A stretch of DNA of 64,000 nucleotides, taken from Vicugna vicugna (taxonomy: Eukaryota). This document shows positions 39,971 through 54,200 of this stretch, one piece after another. The DNA lies in NCBI GenBank assembly GCA_013265495.1, contig MU058844.1, positions 10,996,184 through 11,060,183 on the forward strand, given 5' to 3'. A program made the position numbers and the translations under genes. Position 1 is the stretch's first letter. Each line of letters begins with the position of its first letter. Below the pieces are notes generated by a model, which saw only the letters and a program-made list of their open reading frames with translations, searched no databases and had not been told where the DNA came from.

Positions 39971-41759
39971 TGATGTCTCTAAATTTATTGACATGGAATA
40001 TATTCTAAATAAATTATTTAATTATATCAATTATTTAGGATACAGATTTGGACAGTGAAATATATAGCTATATCTTAAAACATTTCTAGTAGTTGTGTCT
40101 GAGAGCAAAGGTTTTAAAGTAATTCCAATTTATTATATTTTTGTCTCATGTTTTTCTAATTTTCTATAATATTTGTATTCAATCAAAAAATAGAAGATTA
40201 ACATATATAAAATATTTTTAATATACTGGTGAATATGAGTGAGGGAAATAAAAGAAAAACATATATATTTAATGTAAATGTATCTGAATGGTTATTAACT
40301 AAAATATTAGTAGAGTTTACATTTAAATGCTAGTTTACAGGAAAAATTTCCGAAACTGTTTCTTTGTATGTGTATTCTGTTTTGTCTTTAGTGACAATAT
40401 GCTACTTAAGCAATAAAAATATAATGAAAATTTAATATAAAAATATGACACAATTTGCTTTTCTTGCACTGAGTATCTAGTGTTTATAGGCAATGATGGT
40501 GGCAGGACGGAAACAAACTGTGAGCCTTCTCATCAGTAAACTCTTTGAGTAGTGCATGGATAGCTAAAGGATGAAAGAGTCAAAGATGCCAGAGTAAGCA
40601 ATTTTCATTCCATTACCACAGCTGCATAAAGACAACCTTCACGTTCCTGTAGAAATTTCATTAATGTATGTCCTAGGAGAATCTCAGCTTGCAACTTGGC
40701 AGCTTTCTCTTAAGACTTAAACCAGGTTAAATTATTGAAATTATTCAGGTTCTCCTGCTTTCACTAATTCAAGGGGTATAAATGTATGTTTTCACAGAGC
40801 AAAGAGGAATAGCCACCCACTGGACATGAAGGTTTTAAGAACCCACATCCCAGAGGAAACGCTGTTTTGAGTTAGGTTAAGTTAAGCTCAAACTTTGTCT
40901 TTGTGAGTCATCTCTACACATGACCTAAGACGTGAAACTTATAAATATGAATAGACGGCACATCTATTACTCTTTCAATTCCAAGTCAAATCTCACTTCT
41001 TATATTTTATTGGGAAAGATCACAGATTTGGAGAATCACAATAACATGAAATGAAAACTTTAGATTAGCTTATTTTTTAAAAATCTTGTCAAGTTTGGCC
41101 TCGTCTGTGTTCCCTTTATTACTTTTCTTTCTAACACTAGAGAAATATATTAATAATGCATTTTGAGTTACTTCTCAGAGGACCAGAATCAATGACTGAG
41201 AACTATTACCACACAAAGTCAAAAATGTCATTGAGAGTGATTTTGATTCCACAATATTCTTGATCATCATAATGTTTATTAAAAGATCCATTAAAAGTCC
41301 ATCATGCTAATTTAACTGGGAAAATCTAATAGATTGCCACTGCATAGCTTCCACTAAATTAACACTGGAGAATTATAACTAGAGCCTTGGCTGTCGTTAC
41401 TAAGAAATAAATAAAAACTGTAATGATGTATTAATTACAAGCAGAAATCAATGACAGCATTAGCAAGTAAAATTAAAGTTATCTAAGAAAAACTTAAGTA
41501 AAAAATTTTATTCCATTTTTCTTATAATTCATTGATATTTTGGTCTCAGTATTTGTTAGTGGATCTCACTCACTGTAATTCAGACTTTTGTACACTAATT
41601 TAAAGCACTGTATGGGTAAAACATTCCTGTTTCCTTCCTTCTGAGAGTATTAATAGGTATCACATTTCCTCCTTATTCCTCTGATGGCAGGCGCTTTTGT
41701 AAGGGTGACTGGCCCTATGCAAAGCTTTCTAGTTAGTAGATCAGTCTATTTCTATAGGT

Positions 41760-44397
41760 TCAGTGAGCAGCTTAAAACAGATTATTATAATAAGATATTT
41801 TATGCAAGTTTCATGGTTACCACAAACAGAATATCGATATAAGTTACTTAAGAGAAAAAAAAGGAAACAAAGCATATCAATACAAAAATAATCAATGAAA
41901 CACAAAAGATGACAGCAAGAGTGACAAACTATAAGCAAATAGGAAGCAATTAACAAGATGTCAATATTAAATCAATTTACTTCCCTATTAATAATTATGT
42001 TAAATGTAAATGAATTAAATTCTCCAATCAAAGGCATAAAGTGATAAAAGTGGCTGAGTGGATTAAAAAAACAAAACAATAGCAAAACAAGATCCTACTG
42101 TATACTGGCTATAAGAGACTCTGCATTTATAAACATGCATAGGCTGGAATAAAAAGAATGGAAAAATACTCCAAAATCTACACATGCTAATAATCCTTTT
42201 CAAACTCTTCCAAAAAACTGAAGAGCAGCAAATACTTGCAAACTCATATAATGAGTCCAGCATTACCTTGATACCAAAGCCAGATAAAGACAACACACAC
42301 AAAAAAGACAATTACAGGCCAGTATCTGACAAATGCAAGGATGCAAAAATCTTCAACAGAATTGTAGCAAACCAAATTCAACAGCACATAAAAACTTTGT
42401 ACACCACGACAGAGTGGGCTTTGTTCCTAGGATGCAGGGATGATTCATCATATGAGTATCAATTAATGAGACACACCATCTTAATAGATAGAAGGGTAAA
42501 AATGATATATTCTCAATAGATGGAGAAAAAACATTTTATAAAATTTAACACTTTTTCATCATAAACTTTCTTGACAAACTAGCAATAGAAGGAAATTAAC
42601 TCAAAATTATAAAGGTCATATATGAAAAGCCCAGTGTCACTGTCATACTCAATGGTGAAATTTTTAAATTTTCCCTCTAAGATTAGGCACAAGGCAAGGG
42701 TGCCCACTCTAGGCACTTCTATCCAACATTGTACTAGAAGTCCTATCCAGAGCATTTTGGCAAGAAGAAATAAAAGGCATCCAAATCTGAAAGGAAGAAG
42801 TAAAATTATCCCTATTTGCAGATCACATAAACTGATATACAGAAAACCCTCAAAACATTAAAAAAAATTATAACCAATAAATGTATTCAGTTAAATATCA
42901 GGAAACAAAATCAACATACAAAAATCAGTTATGTTTCCATACAGTAACAATGAATTATCTGAAAATGAAGTTAGGAAGACAGTACCACTTATAACAGCAT
43001 AAAGATAGTAAAATACCTAAAAATAAACATAAGGAAATGAAAGGTTTGCACACTGAAACTACAAAACACTGATGAAGAAATTAGAGAAAATATAAACAAT
43101 TCGAACAATGTCCCATGTTTATGAGTTGGAAGACAATACTGTCAAGATACTCATACTACTCAAAACAATCCACAAATTCCATGCAATAGCTATCAAAATC
43201 CCAATGGAATGTTTTTAATAGAAAAAGAAAAAAACAATACTTAAATTCATATGGAACAACAAAGGAACTCAAATAACCAAAAAAAATTTAAGAAAGAAAA
43301 ATGCTGAAGAGGCATCTAACTTTGATTTCAAATTATATTACAAAGCTACAGTAATTAAACAGTATGGTACTGGCAAAAGGACATACAAATAGACTGATGG
43401 AGCAGAATAAAGATCCCAGAAATAAATCCAGACATACATGGCCAATTGATCTTCAAAAGGCATTCCAAGGATACAAAGTGGGGAAATGACAGCCTTTTCA
43501 ATAAATACTTTTGGCAAAACTGAACAGCCACAGTACAAAAATGATATTGGACCCATATCTTACACCATACACAAAATCAACTCAAAATATATTAAAGATT
43601 TAAATATAAGACTTGAAACTGAAAAATTCCTAAAAGAAATACTAAAAAAGCTTCATGACATTGGTCTTGGCAATGATTTGTTTGATATGACACTAAAAGT
43701 ATAGGCAACAGCAGCAAAAATAGATGAGTGGGACTATATCAAAGTAAAAATCTGCAGAGAAATGGAAATGATAAAACAATAAGCAACCTACAAAATGGGA
43801 GAAATATGTAAAAACCTTTTATCTGATAAGGGGTTAGTTTCTAAAATATATAAGGAATTTCTACAACTCATTGGAAAAAAAAAAGCTAGTAACTTGATTT
43901 TTAAAATAGACTAAAGACTTGAAAAGATATTTCTCCCAAGAACACATAACAATAGCTAACAGGTGTATGAAAAGATGCTCAACATCACTATCAGGTAGAT
44001 GCAAACTGATACAATGAGATATGATCCACATCTGTTGGGATGGTTATTATCACCGACTCCCACAAAAAAAGAGGTATAAAATTTTGATGAGGATGTGAAG
44101 AAATTTACAACCCTCTATACTGTTCATGGGAATGTAAAATAATACAGCTTCTATGGAAAACAGTATGGGAGTTCTTCCAAAAGTTAAAAATACAACTACC
44201 ATATGCTCCAGCAATCCCACTCCTGGGCATTTATCTAAAATAACTGAAACCAGCATCTTGAAGAGATATTAGCACTCCTATGATCACTGCAGTGCTATTA
44301 CAATAGCCAACATGTGGAGACAACCTAAATGTCCACCAACAGACGAACAAATCAAAAAAACTTCATAGTATAAAGCTTTAAAAAGAAGTGAATCCTG
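41760..44397 (+). mobile_element. Older L1 (L1MA9/10-like), part 1: inter-ORF spacer, ORF2 with an internal deletion, start of 3'UTR
   Basis: Endonuclease start taaatgtaaatgaattaaattctccaatcaaa. RT-region remnant ORF 42184-42519 ([19 protein letters not shown]...DNYRPVS). 3' region ccatatgctccagcaatcccactcctggg. Confidence 0.92.
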
Positions 44398-44658
44398 ACA
44401 CTGGGCTCCATAAATGTGGCAGTACAATACAGATGACTCCTGACACATTGAGATATGCCATAGCTCTATACTACAATCCATTGCCTACCAACAATTCAGA
44501 TACCCTGAGAAATAATTCAACTGTTATTCCAATAAAATATTCTTATTCCAGGAGAAGGAATATGAGAAGCAAAGTCATTCAACCCACCTGGATTCCATTT
44601 ATTTGTACTCTGTCCTTTCAGCACAGACTATAATTCACCACGAGGCTGATGACCTTTT

Positions 44659-47600
44659 GGGGCCGGTTCCAGGCCAAGGCAATGGAGTAGAAGGAGCCAG
44701 AGCTCACCTCGCCTCACAAACACACCATAATCACAACCAACTGCAGAACAAGCACTGACAAAAAAAGACTGGAACCTATCAGAAAATAATGTCTTCCATA
44801 ACTAAAGACATAAAGAAGGAATCCCAATGAGATGTGTAGGAGGGTAGACTGATGATATAATGAAATCCTACATCCCTTAGGTGAGTGACCCACAAACTGG
44901 AGAATAATTATATTGCATAATTATATTGCACAGGAGTAAGAATTACGAGCCCCACATAAGGCTCCCCAGCCCAGGGGTCTGGCACCAGGAAGAGAAGCCC
45001 CTAAAATATTTGGCTTTGAAAGCAAGCCGGGCTTCACTGCAGGAGCTCCACAAGGACTGGGGGAAACAGAGACTTTACTCTTAAAGCGTGCACACAGGAT
45101 CTCATGCTTACCAGGACCAAGGGCAAAAGCAGTAATTGCATAGAAGCCTGGGCCAGACCTACTTGCTGGACTTGGAGAGTCTTATGGGGAGGCGGGGGGT
45201 AGCTGTGACTCATGCTGAGGACACAGATGCTGGTGGCTGGTATACCAGGATGTATTCACTTATGTGAACTCTCCTGAGGCTGACATCTTGCTTGGGTCAT
45301 TAGTACCAAGACCTGGCCCCACCCAGCAGCCTGTAGGATCCAGTGCTAGAATGCCTTAGACCAAACAACTAACTGGGGGTGGGGGGGGACACAACCCCAC
45401 CTATCAACAAACAGGCTGCCTAAAGACTTTCTGAGCTCACAGCCTATTCTAGACATGCCCCTAAACATGGGCCTGTCCACCAGAGGGCCAAGACCCAGTT
45501 ACAACCACTACTGGGCAGGAAACCTGCACAATCCTCTAGACTAGCCTGACCCACCAGGGGGCAGACACCAGAAGCAAGAAAACCATAATCCTGCAGCCTG
45601 CAGAATGAGTCTGCAAATGCAGGCCAGGCCCTGCCCTGAGATCAGCTGGCCCCTTGGTGAGGAGAGGGGAGTGCACAGTTGAGACACATAGGATGTCTCC
45701 TACAAAAGGCCACTTCTCTAAGGTTGAGAAATGCAACTAACCTACCGCGTACATAAAAATACAAATAGAAATTTAGACAAAATGAGTCAGCAGAGAAATA
45801 TATTCTAGACAAAGAAATGAGCTTAAACACCAGAAGAACTAAGTGATGTGGAGATAGGCAATCTACCTGAGCAAGAGTTCAGAGTAGTAATCAAAAATAT
45901 GATTTAAAAAAACAAACCTCAGAAGACAATGGATGTACAGAGTGAGAAGTTAGAAGTTATTAACAAACTGTTAAAAAATATAAAGAACAACCAGAGTCGA
46001 AGAATACAATAGCTGAAATGAAAAATACACTAACTATAAGGAATTGATAGTAAACTAAATGATGCAGAAGAACAGATCAGTGAGCTGGAGACAAAGTAGT
46101 GGAAATCACTAACATAGAAAAACAACAACAAAACAGAATGAAAAGAAATGACATCTGGGACCACATCAAGCACACTAATATTCACATTACAAAGGTCCCA
46201 GAAGGAGAGGGGAGAAAGATATTATTTGAAGAGGTAATAGCTGAAAATTTTCCTAACTTGGGAAAGGAAACAATCACCCAAATCCAGAAAGTGCAGAGTC
46301 CCATACAGGATTAACCCTAAGAAGAAACACCAAGACACATTATATTTTAAAATGACAAAAATTAAAGATAAAAAGAGAGTATTAAAGGCTACAAGGAAAA
46401 AAGCAACAAATAACATACAAGTTTACTCCCATAAGACTGTCAGCTGATTTTTGAGCAGACACTCTGCAGGCCAGAAGGGAGTGGCACAATATATTTTAAC
46501 TGATAAAAGGGGAAAACCTGAAACCAAGAATACTCTACCCAGAAATGCTCTTATTCAGATTTTTATGGAGAATTTAAAGGCTTTACAGACCATCAAAAGC
46601 TAAAAGAATTCAGCACCACCAAAGGAACTTTACAACAAAAGCTAAAGGAACTTCTCTAGTTGGAAAAGAAAAGGCCACAATTGCAAACATGAAATATATA
46701 AATGGAAAAGGTCATTGGCAAACATACAGGAATGGTAGGAAATCATCCACACACAAAGCTAGGAGAAAAGTTAAAAGACAAAATAGTGAAATCATCTGTA
46801 TCCACAATAAGCAGTTAAGGGATATACAAAACAATTAGATGGAAAATATAATGTGAAAAACAGTGATCATGAGGGGAGGAGAGTACAAATGCAGGGTATT
46901 TAAATGCATTTGAAATTAAGAGATCAGCAACTTAAAGCAATTATACACACACACACACATATATATAAAATATACACATTTTATATACATAGACTACTAT
47001 ACCAAAATCTCATGGTAATGGCAAACCAAAAATCTATAATAGATAAACACAGAAAAAAAGAAAAGTAAATTCTACATAACACTAAAGATAATCAGCAAAT
47101 CACAAGAGAAGAGAACAAAAGAAAGAGGGGGAAAAAAGCTACAAACAACAAATCAAACACAAATAACAAAATGGCAATAAGTACATACATGTCAATAATT
47201 ACCTTAAAGGTAAACAGATTAAATGCAAAAGACACAGACTGGCAGAATGGATATAAAAACAAGATCAGTGTATTTGCTGCCAGTAAGAGACTCACAGACT
47301 GAGAGTGTGGGGATGAGAAGGTATTCCATACAAACAGAAATCAAAAGAAAGCTGGAGTAGCAATACTTGTATCAGACAAAATAGACTTTACAATAAAGAC
47401 TGCTGCAAGAGACAAAGCAGGACACTACATAATGATCAAGTGATCAATCCAAGAAGATACAACAATAATAAATAAATATGCACCCAATATAGGAGCACTT
47501 CAATATAAGAGGCACACACACACTGGAATATTACTCAGTCATAACAAAGAATGAAATAATGCCATTTGCAGCACCATGGATGGACCTAGGGATTATCATA

Positions 47601-47846
47601 TTAAGTGAAGTCAGACAGAGAAAGACCAATATGATATATCACTTATATGTGGAATTTAAAAAAATACAAATCAACTTATAGACAAACCAGGCATTAGACA
47701 CACAGACATAGAAAACAAACTTATGGTTGCCAAAGGGGAAAGGAGGGTGGAGGGATAAACTATGAGTTTGGGATTAACATATACACACTGCAATACATAA
47801 AACAGATAAAAAACAAGGACCTACTGTATAGCACAGGAAACCATAA
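44659..47846 (+). mobile_element. Artiodactyl L1 with 5'UTR and decayed ORF1, lacking most of ORF2, with shortened 3'UTR
   Basis: 5'UTR start ggagtagaaggagccagagctcacctc. ORF1 remnant at about 45782-46659 (e.g. EVIAENFPNLGKE). ORF2 ATG at 47171 runs only to about 47514 and is then joined to the ORF2-end/3'UTR sequence ggaatattactcagtcata. Confidence 0.9.
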
Positions 47847-48045
47847 AAAAGGAAGTAAATCCTGCAGTGTGTGACACCGAGAATGAACCTTGAGGACATT
47901 ACTGCTGAGTGAAGTCAGTCAGTCACAGAAGGGAAAACACTGCATCATTTCATTTATATGAGGTATCTAAAATAGCCAAATTCACAGAAGCGAGAGAAGA
48001 CTGGTGCTTGCCAGGGGCTGAGTGGAGGAAGAATGGGGGAGTGTG
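47847..48045 (+). mobile_element. Older L1 (L1MA9/10-like), part 2: resumed 3' region
   Basis: atgaaccttgaggacatta...tatatgaggtatctaaaatag...ttgccaggggctg continues where 44397 stopped. Confidence 0.85.
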
Positions 48046-48349
48046 TGGTAGTGTTACACAGCTTTTTTATAAATACCTAAGACAATACGAAGCACAAACT
48101 ATGTACTGAGTTGATTTCTCTGTAGCACAGTAGTTTTCTCTAACATTCTCTTTTTTTTTTCCCCCTTCAACACTCCTACTTTACTAACCTTTAAGCATGC
48201 TTCCTCTATTACTCTTTTAATTAATCTTCATTTCTAAGTTGATATTTTTGAATTTTCCTTCCTATTCCACTGCCTATGCAGTGTTCCACAGTTCATATGC
48301 AGAAGACTAACTATTCTCACTTTAATTATCACTCCCTAGTAAAGACTAA

Positions 48350-48730
48350 GTAAACCTATTATACCAGGGGTAGATCCTTGATCCAACTAGGTTAAACAAA
48401 CAAATAACTTGGGATTAAAATTAAGAAATCCTAGCCAGTCTCTGTTGTTAATTCTACTGAGTAGATAAAACACTGTCAACTGCAAGAAAACCAAACTTCC
48501 CACCAGAAGCCAGTCTACAGACAAAGGATAGAATCAAAGAAGTCGTCCTTGACACCATCCACTTTCCAGTTCCTGATGCTGGTCCTCGGATACACCCGGG
48601 TTAACTTCCATGTACTGCATTCTCTGAGACCCTCGTGTATCCTTATGAGATATTTTCTTCTTAATTAGTACATCACAACATGGTTGTGGTGAGATTGTAT
48701 AAATTCTAGCTGAAAGAATCTCGACTTGGA
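48350..48730 (+). mobile_element. Possible ancient ERVL-class LTR remnant
   Basis: Weak similarity to LTR16-like ends (ctgaaagaatctcgact). Confidence 0.3.
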
Positions 48731-50269
48731 ATTTCTTTTTCTTTTGCTTCTTCCTCTAGGACTTCTTTTATTCTACTCCTGGCCTTTCCGATTGCTCTTT
48801 TTGTTTTTGTTTTTTGAGGCCTGACATAATTCTCTGCTTACATGTCTTTTTTTCTTCCTTTTCCTATTGCCTTCCTACTTCTATTCAGTATTTATGTCTC
48901 TTTCTACTTTTCTCTCTGTTTTCCTCTCCAGGGTACTTCTGACCCTTGCTTGCCTGCCGGTTTTTAACATAATTGTCCTCTATAATTTCTAGGTCTGTTC
49001 TCAATTCATTGCTTTTATTCCCTTTTTTGCTTACCATTTTCCATTCTTGAATCCAATGTGTCTCCAATTTGAGGCTTGTTCATGTCTTCGTTTATATGTG
49101 TAAGTCTTTGCTCTGTTTAGTTTTTTTTAAGCTCTGAAGCTTCCGTGTGAAATACAAATCTAGTGCTTTATTACATATTTAAAAAAAAGAAAGCAAAAGG
49201 AAAATGCTATTTTTTAAATCTCTAAATAGATAAACATACTACAAAAGAACACACATGTAAATACTGTATTTTTCTCATTAAGACAACTTATCAAAATCTA
49301 TTTCATTCTTTTTTTAGTGAAAGAAAATTAAACAACCCTCAAATGCCATGAGGTCAATGTGTCATGTCTTTACTATAGCATACACATCAAAATTATCCAC
49401 TTGCATTATGTGAGAATCTGATAAGTAAGGTTTAATCTTGTCCTCAATTTAAAACAGCATCACCTAATTGTCATTCACGGTTTCCCTTACAGAAGGTGAA
49501 AATATGCATATGAGTGAAATTCCCATGAAGGTAATGTTTGTAGTCATTTCTGGGTTAAAGAACAAGATTTATTTCACTTTATGAGAATGTATTTCCTGAC
49601 ATTTGTCCTATTGCATTATGATCAAAAAACTGTAGTGCTAAATATGGGAACTTCTCCAGGAAGCCTGACTGTGATTATGTAAACTGCTAAGCAAAGGCAA
49701 TCGCCACTTTGTATCCCGACTATCAGAAATCCTTTGCAGGTTACACACTGTTGAATGTAACAGCTTTCTGTCTACTAGGAGTCCATAACATATTTTGGGT
49801 TGTTTTTGCAGTTTAAAAATATATGGGTATGCCGTTGCCAGTAATTTGAACCTGAAGAGATGTGCCTGCTCAAATCGTACTCATGGATGTTGATCTTACT
49901 TTCTCTGATAAACAGATCATGAGGATTTTGATGGCAAATATAAAACCAAAGTTGGTTTTCAGAACCATTACCTCTAACCTACCAGACAAGAAAATTGGCT
50001 TGAGTAATCACGTAACTGTTGGAGCCATATTTTGAATCTCATGGTATCAACCAGTCAGTTGAATATGCTTATTTTGCTATTGTTAATAAGGTACAATGTT
50101 ATGAATTCTTTATGGTAAATGCTTCCTGGGGAGTGAGTTTAGGACAGGACATGAAATTATTTAGGTTTTTTGAGTTAATTGATTTTCACACACATATGGA
50201 AATACACATGTTCAAAAAGATTTGCAATAAGAAGCTTTAGGCACTACATTTTTATAATTTGATCATCAT

Positions 50270-50530
50270 TTCATTCAGGTGTCTGTTCAAGTATCTCCTT
50301 CTCAGGCTTTCCAAATTTGGCTTGTCTAAAAGAGAATTTCCCATCACTTTTTATACCCATATCCTGTCTTACTGATCTTTATAGCACATCATTCCTTTAA
50401 ATGTATGGAGAGTTAACTGCTTATTCTCCTTCCCCAGCTAGAACATCAGCTCCACAAGGGCAGGGATCCTGCCTCCTTTGGTCTTGCTGTATCCTCTGGC
50501 CAGAAGACTCTTACTTGGCGGATGAATGAA
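50270..50530 (+). mobile_element. L2 3' end
   Basis: ctagaacatcagctccacaagggcagggat...gatgaatgaa. Confidence 0.75.
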
Positions 50531-50984
50531 CCATATTATTAGCTATCATAATTTAAAGAGACACACAGAGAGAGAAATAGATGAAGGTAAACTAAATGAT
50601 TAACAACAGAATGTTTAATAACCTAGTATATAATAAACTTATACCATTAAAATAGTATCTATTTTGTAGTAAAGAGATTTTCTTGGTAACATTATGTGAA
50701 TAAATCAGGACCTAGAATTTTATATGAAATATGATCCTAACAGTGTCCATGTATACCTAGGGAGCGGAAAGACTGAGAACACCCCAAAATATTGATGGAA
50801 CATTGTTCTTGGTTGGAGATATCATGGATTTTATTTATAGGTAAGTAATTTGCATTTGTCATTTATCAACTGTGGTCAGAAGAAATGAGGCAAAATGAAA
50901 AGAATAAAATACAGTAGTGATTGAGAATTGAGTATTGTAACTAGATCAGCTATCACCCTAAGGCCCTGCAAATATGAAGATTTT

Positions 50985-51250
50985 AACAACTAATATTAGT
51001 ACATGATGTCTTCAGTACTATGTGCAGATCTTGTTTGAAGTGCTTGACATAAATAAAATCACCTAATTCTCATAATTATCAAATGAGGTCAGTGTTATCA
51101 TCATTATTCTTATTATTATCTTCATCCCCATTGCATAAATATAACCCAGCGAGGTCACACTACTTCCCAAAGTTTTCCAGCTAAGAGATGACAGGCCTGG
51201 AATTGAAACCCTTGTCTGATTCAAGACCTGTAGTCTGAACTTACTTATGA
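50985..51250 (-). mobile_element. MIR
   Basis: atccccattgcataaat...acttcccaaag...ctggaattgaaaccc...tctgattcaag. Confidence 0.75.
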
Positions 51251-54200
51251 AGAGTAAGAAAGGAGTAAGTACTTCTGAAGTAAGAGTAAAGAAGAAAATA
51301 TCATAAATTCATGTCTTTATTATTTTTTTAATAAAGCAGTGTAAAATGTGTTGTTTACTATTTAAAATGGCTCATGTGGGGTTTAGTCAAACCTACAGAG
51401 CTATCCTGAAAACTTGGGACATAAATGAGCAAGCTGTAGCTAGAATGCAAATCAGGACACAGATTAGGTTATAATTATGGTCTATTTGGTAACATATCAG
51501 GTTACTCTGGACAGCAAGTGCCGTTAGTAACTCAGAAATACGTTATGTACAAATATCTTATTAAGTCTCACTTTTTTTTTTAATAAGAAGAAACATGTAT
51601 AATTTGATTAGGGCTTTGTATCTAGATGCCATTTTGAAATGGTCTGAAAACTTAACAACTTTTACTTTTATAATGTTCACTCCTTCCATAAAAAAATTAA
51701 CAAAACACGTATAATTCAATCATTACGTACTGGACAAAAAAACATGAGCTTTGGAATTAAATTGGTTTTGGTTTGAATCTCAAATGAACATTTCACTCTA
51801 TGCTATAGTATTCACGAGGCACAATAACCAGTGCAAGATTTCTAACAGAAGTTCAGGTAAGATATTGTACTATTTTTCTAAAGTTCAGAATATAGACCAT
51901 TGCAGTTGCCTGGAACTAAATAACCCAACTGTCATTTTCAAAAATTAAGAATTCTGGGTATTTATTACTTATTAATTATAACAAATGGGTTAATTATGTA
52001 ACTATAGAAATGAACGAAGTCACAGCTGACAGCTGAAAATGCCTTTACAAAACAATATACCCGATTCTGTTCTCAGTGAAAACAGTTCGGGAAATTTAAT
52101 TTAGGATGCCAGGTGGCACAATAGGTTATACATTAACTTGTCCCCTCTGGAAAATTAAATTTGAATTTGGCTCTGGTCACAAACGAAATGAGTCATTTGG
52201 TGCATGCCACTAAGGATACTCACAAAGCCAAAATGACATTTCATTGAATCACCTGTTAAGAAAAATGTCTGCAGTCACTGGGGAATTTTCAAGAAAAATA
52301 AACAAGTGCGTAAGGCAAAATGAACAGGATCTAAGAGCTAGTGAAGATTACAGGCTTGCTGAAAATCTGAAGGCAAGTGCTGTAACACGTATGCAGACAA
52401 AGTCTTAATTTTTAGCCTGTACTTCCCATTTTTCCCAGGTTCTGAATCCTACCAGATTATTAACCTCTTTTCCAAAGAAAATTCGCTTTTTCCCTTGTCA
52501 CAGGTTTAGCCAAATGTCAGTTTGTATCAAATTAGCAAGGATTACTGAGCTCACTGCAAGGAACTGCCTAACTGTGATTTTGAACCATATGTTTGGATCT
52601 TCCTGTTCCTTCAGGTAAATAAACAATTACACGTCATATTCTCTCCTTTTCAGGGGAACAAGAGAATGTACAACTGACAGACTTAAAAAATAACCTAAGT
52701 TGAATTAATGCTTATTCTTTTCATTGTTACTTTCTTGTCCATAATAATTATCACACAGCCAGCGTGTAGACAGATGATGAGATTAATAAAAGAACAGGAA
52801 AATTCCCAACCCAAACAGTAAAAGCCCAGTTTTTTCATATTCACTATTGGAGAAATACAGTACAAAAATACTGATACCATTTTAATTGCTCATATTTCAA
52901 GTGCTTTTTTAGTGGATTCTAAATAGACACTGTTAATTCATTGTTTGGGGTCCTCCAAACAATTTCTTTCTGCTCAAAGTAATATCCAGAACGTACTGAG
53001 CCATTCCATGACTTTGTCAGGGCTCTTTCTGATAGTTGACACCTTCAAGGTCTGAGTGGTCCTGGGCATCTTAACTGTCAGGGCTGATCATGCGGGGGCA
53101 AACCAGGGTAGCCTCTAGCATACAGTCTACCTCAAATCCCAGACTATTTCACTCCATTACTGAAGAGAGGTTGTGATAAAAATTTATAGCATGACTAGGT
53201 TATGTTAATGACAAAAATTTATTCACAGAATCCTGGATTTTATTCCCAACAGTACTTACTAGACAAAGGTCCTTGCTTAGCAATCTTATTAGACCTTAAA
53301 CAAAGGGATAAACCTCCCTTTAAGGAGATTAAGACAATAGGGTCATGCAGCAAGATCTATACACAAAAAAGTCATAGGATTTGCATATGTTAATTCACAC
53401 TTCCTTAGTGGAAACATGCAAATATATTTTTACAGAAAAGAATGCATTGACCTTCTGGCAAACCTCACTTAGGAACAATGGCCCTAGGTTTATTAATATT
53501 CTCTATTCACATAGAAAGGAGAAGTCATTGCAGTCGAGATGATTGAAAAAAATAGCGAATCACAATAAACATGCACCCATTAAAATGAATATACCCAACT
53601 CTTTTATAAAAAGGAAGAAAGAAGAAGAAATCCTAATAAGCTTGGCTTCTGTCTTTTATATGGCCTAAAGAAAGTTACCTTCTTTGTACTCGATTATCTA
53701 TATGTTCTTTTATTATCTTGGGAACGCTAAAAACTCAAAATTATTGTTGGTTTTGCATGATTATATCTAGGCCTATATACTCCAGGAAGACCTGAATGTA
53801 TATAAGCAATAAGGAACTCTCTTTGAAATGTTCAAGTGTAATGGGTGAAATTGTTATTTTGCTTTGATTATTTTCAGATTTTTAAAATCTGACAGAGTCT
53901 GGCAACTATGAAAACAATGGAAGACAAAATTGGCAACATGGACTGACGTACTGTCTCACTTCTAGGAGACGGGTATTGAGTTTGAGCCGTTGAAAATAAA
54001 ATTTTTTCTCAGGCTCATTTAAGATAGTCTGGAAACAAATACCACTCTTCAATGACAGGTATAAAAACTTTCAATTTACTGTCAAAATGTTTTTTTCAAC
54101 TAACAAATTGAAAAGCAATTGGTGGTTTTATTAAATGTTAAATCCAGTCTTACTTTTTCAGAACTTCTGTTACCTTTAAAAGAGAGTTCCAAACATTTAA

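Noticed and set aside
42184..43704. RT-like ORFs (also 46099-46314 and 58321-58647)
   Set aside because: Fragments of frameshifted, stop-ridden L1 ORF1/ORF2, not genes or active elements.
44904..44929. 13-bp tandem duplication ataattatattgc in the L1 5'UTR
   Set aside because: Common micro-duplication.
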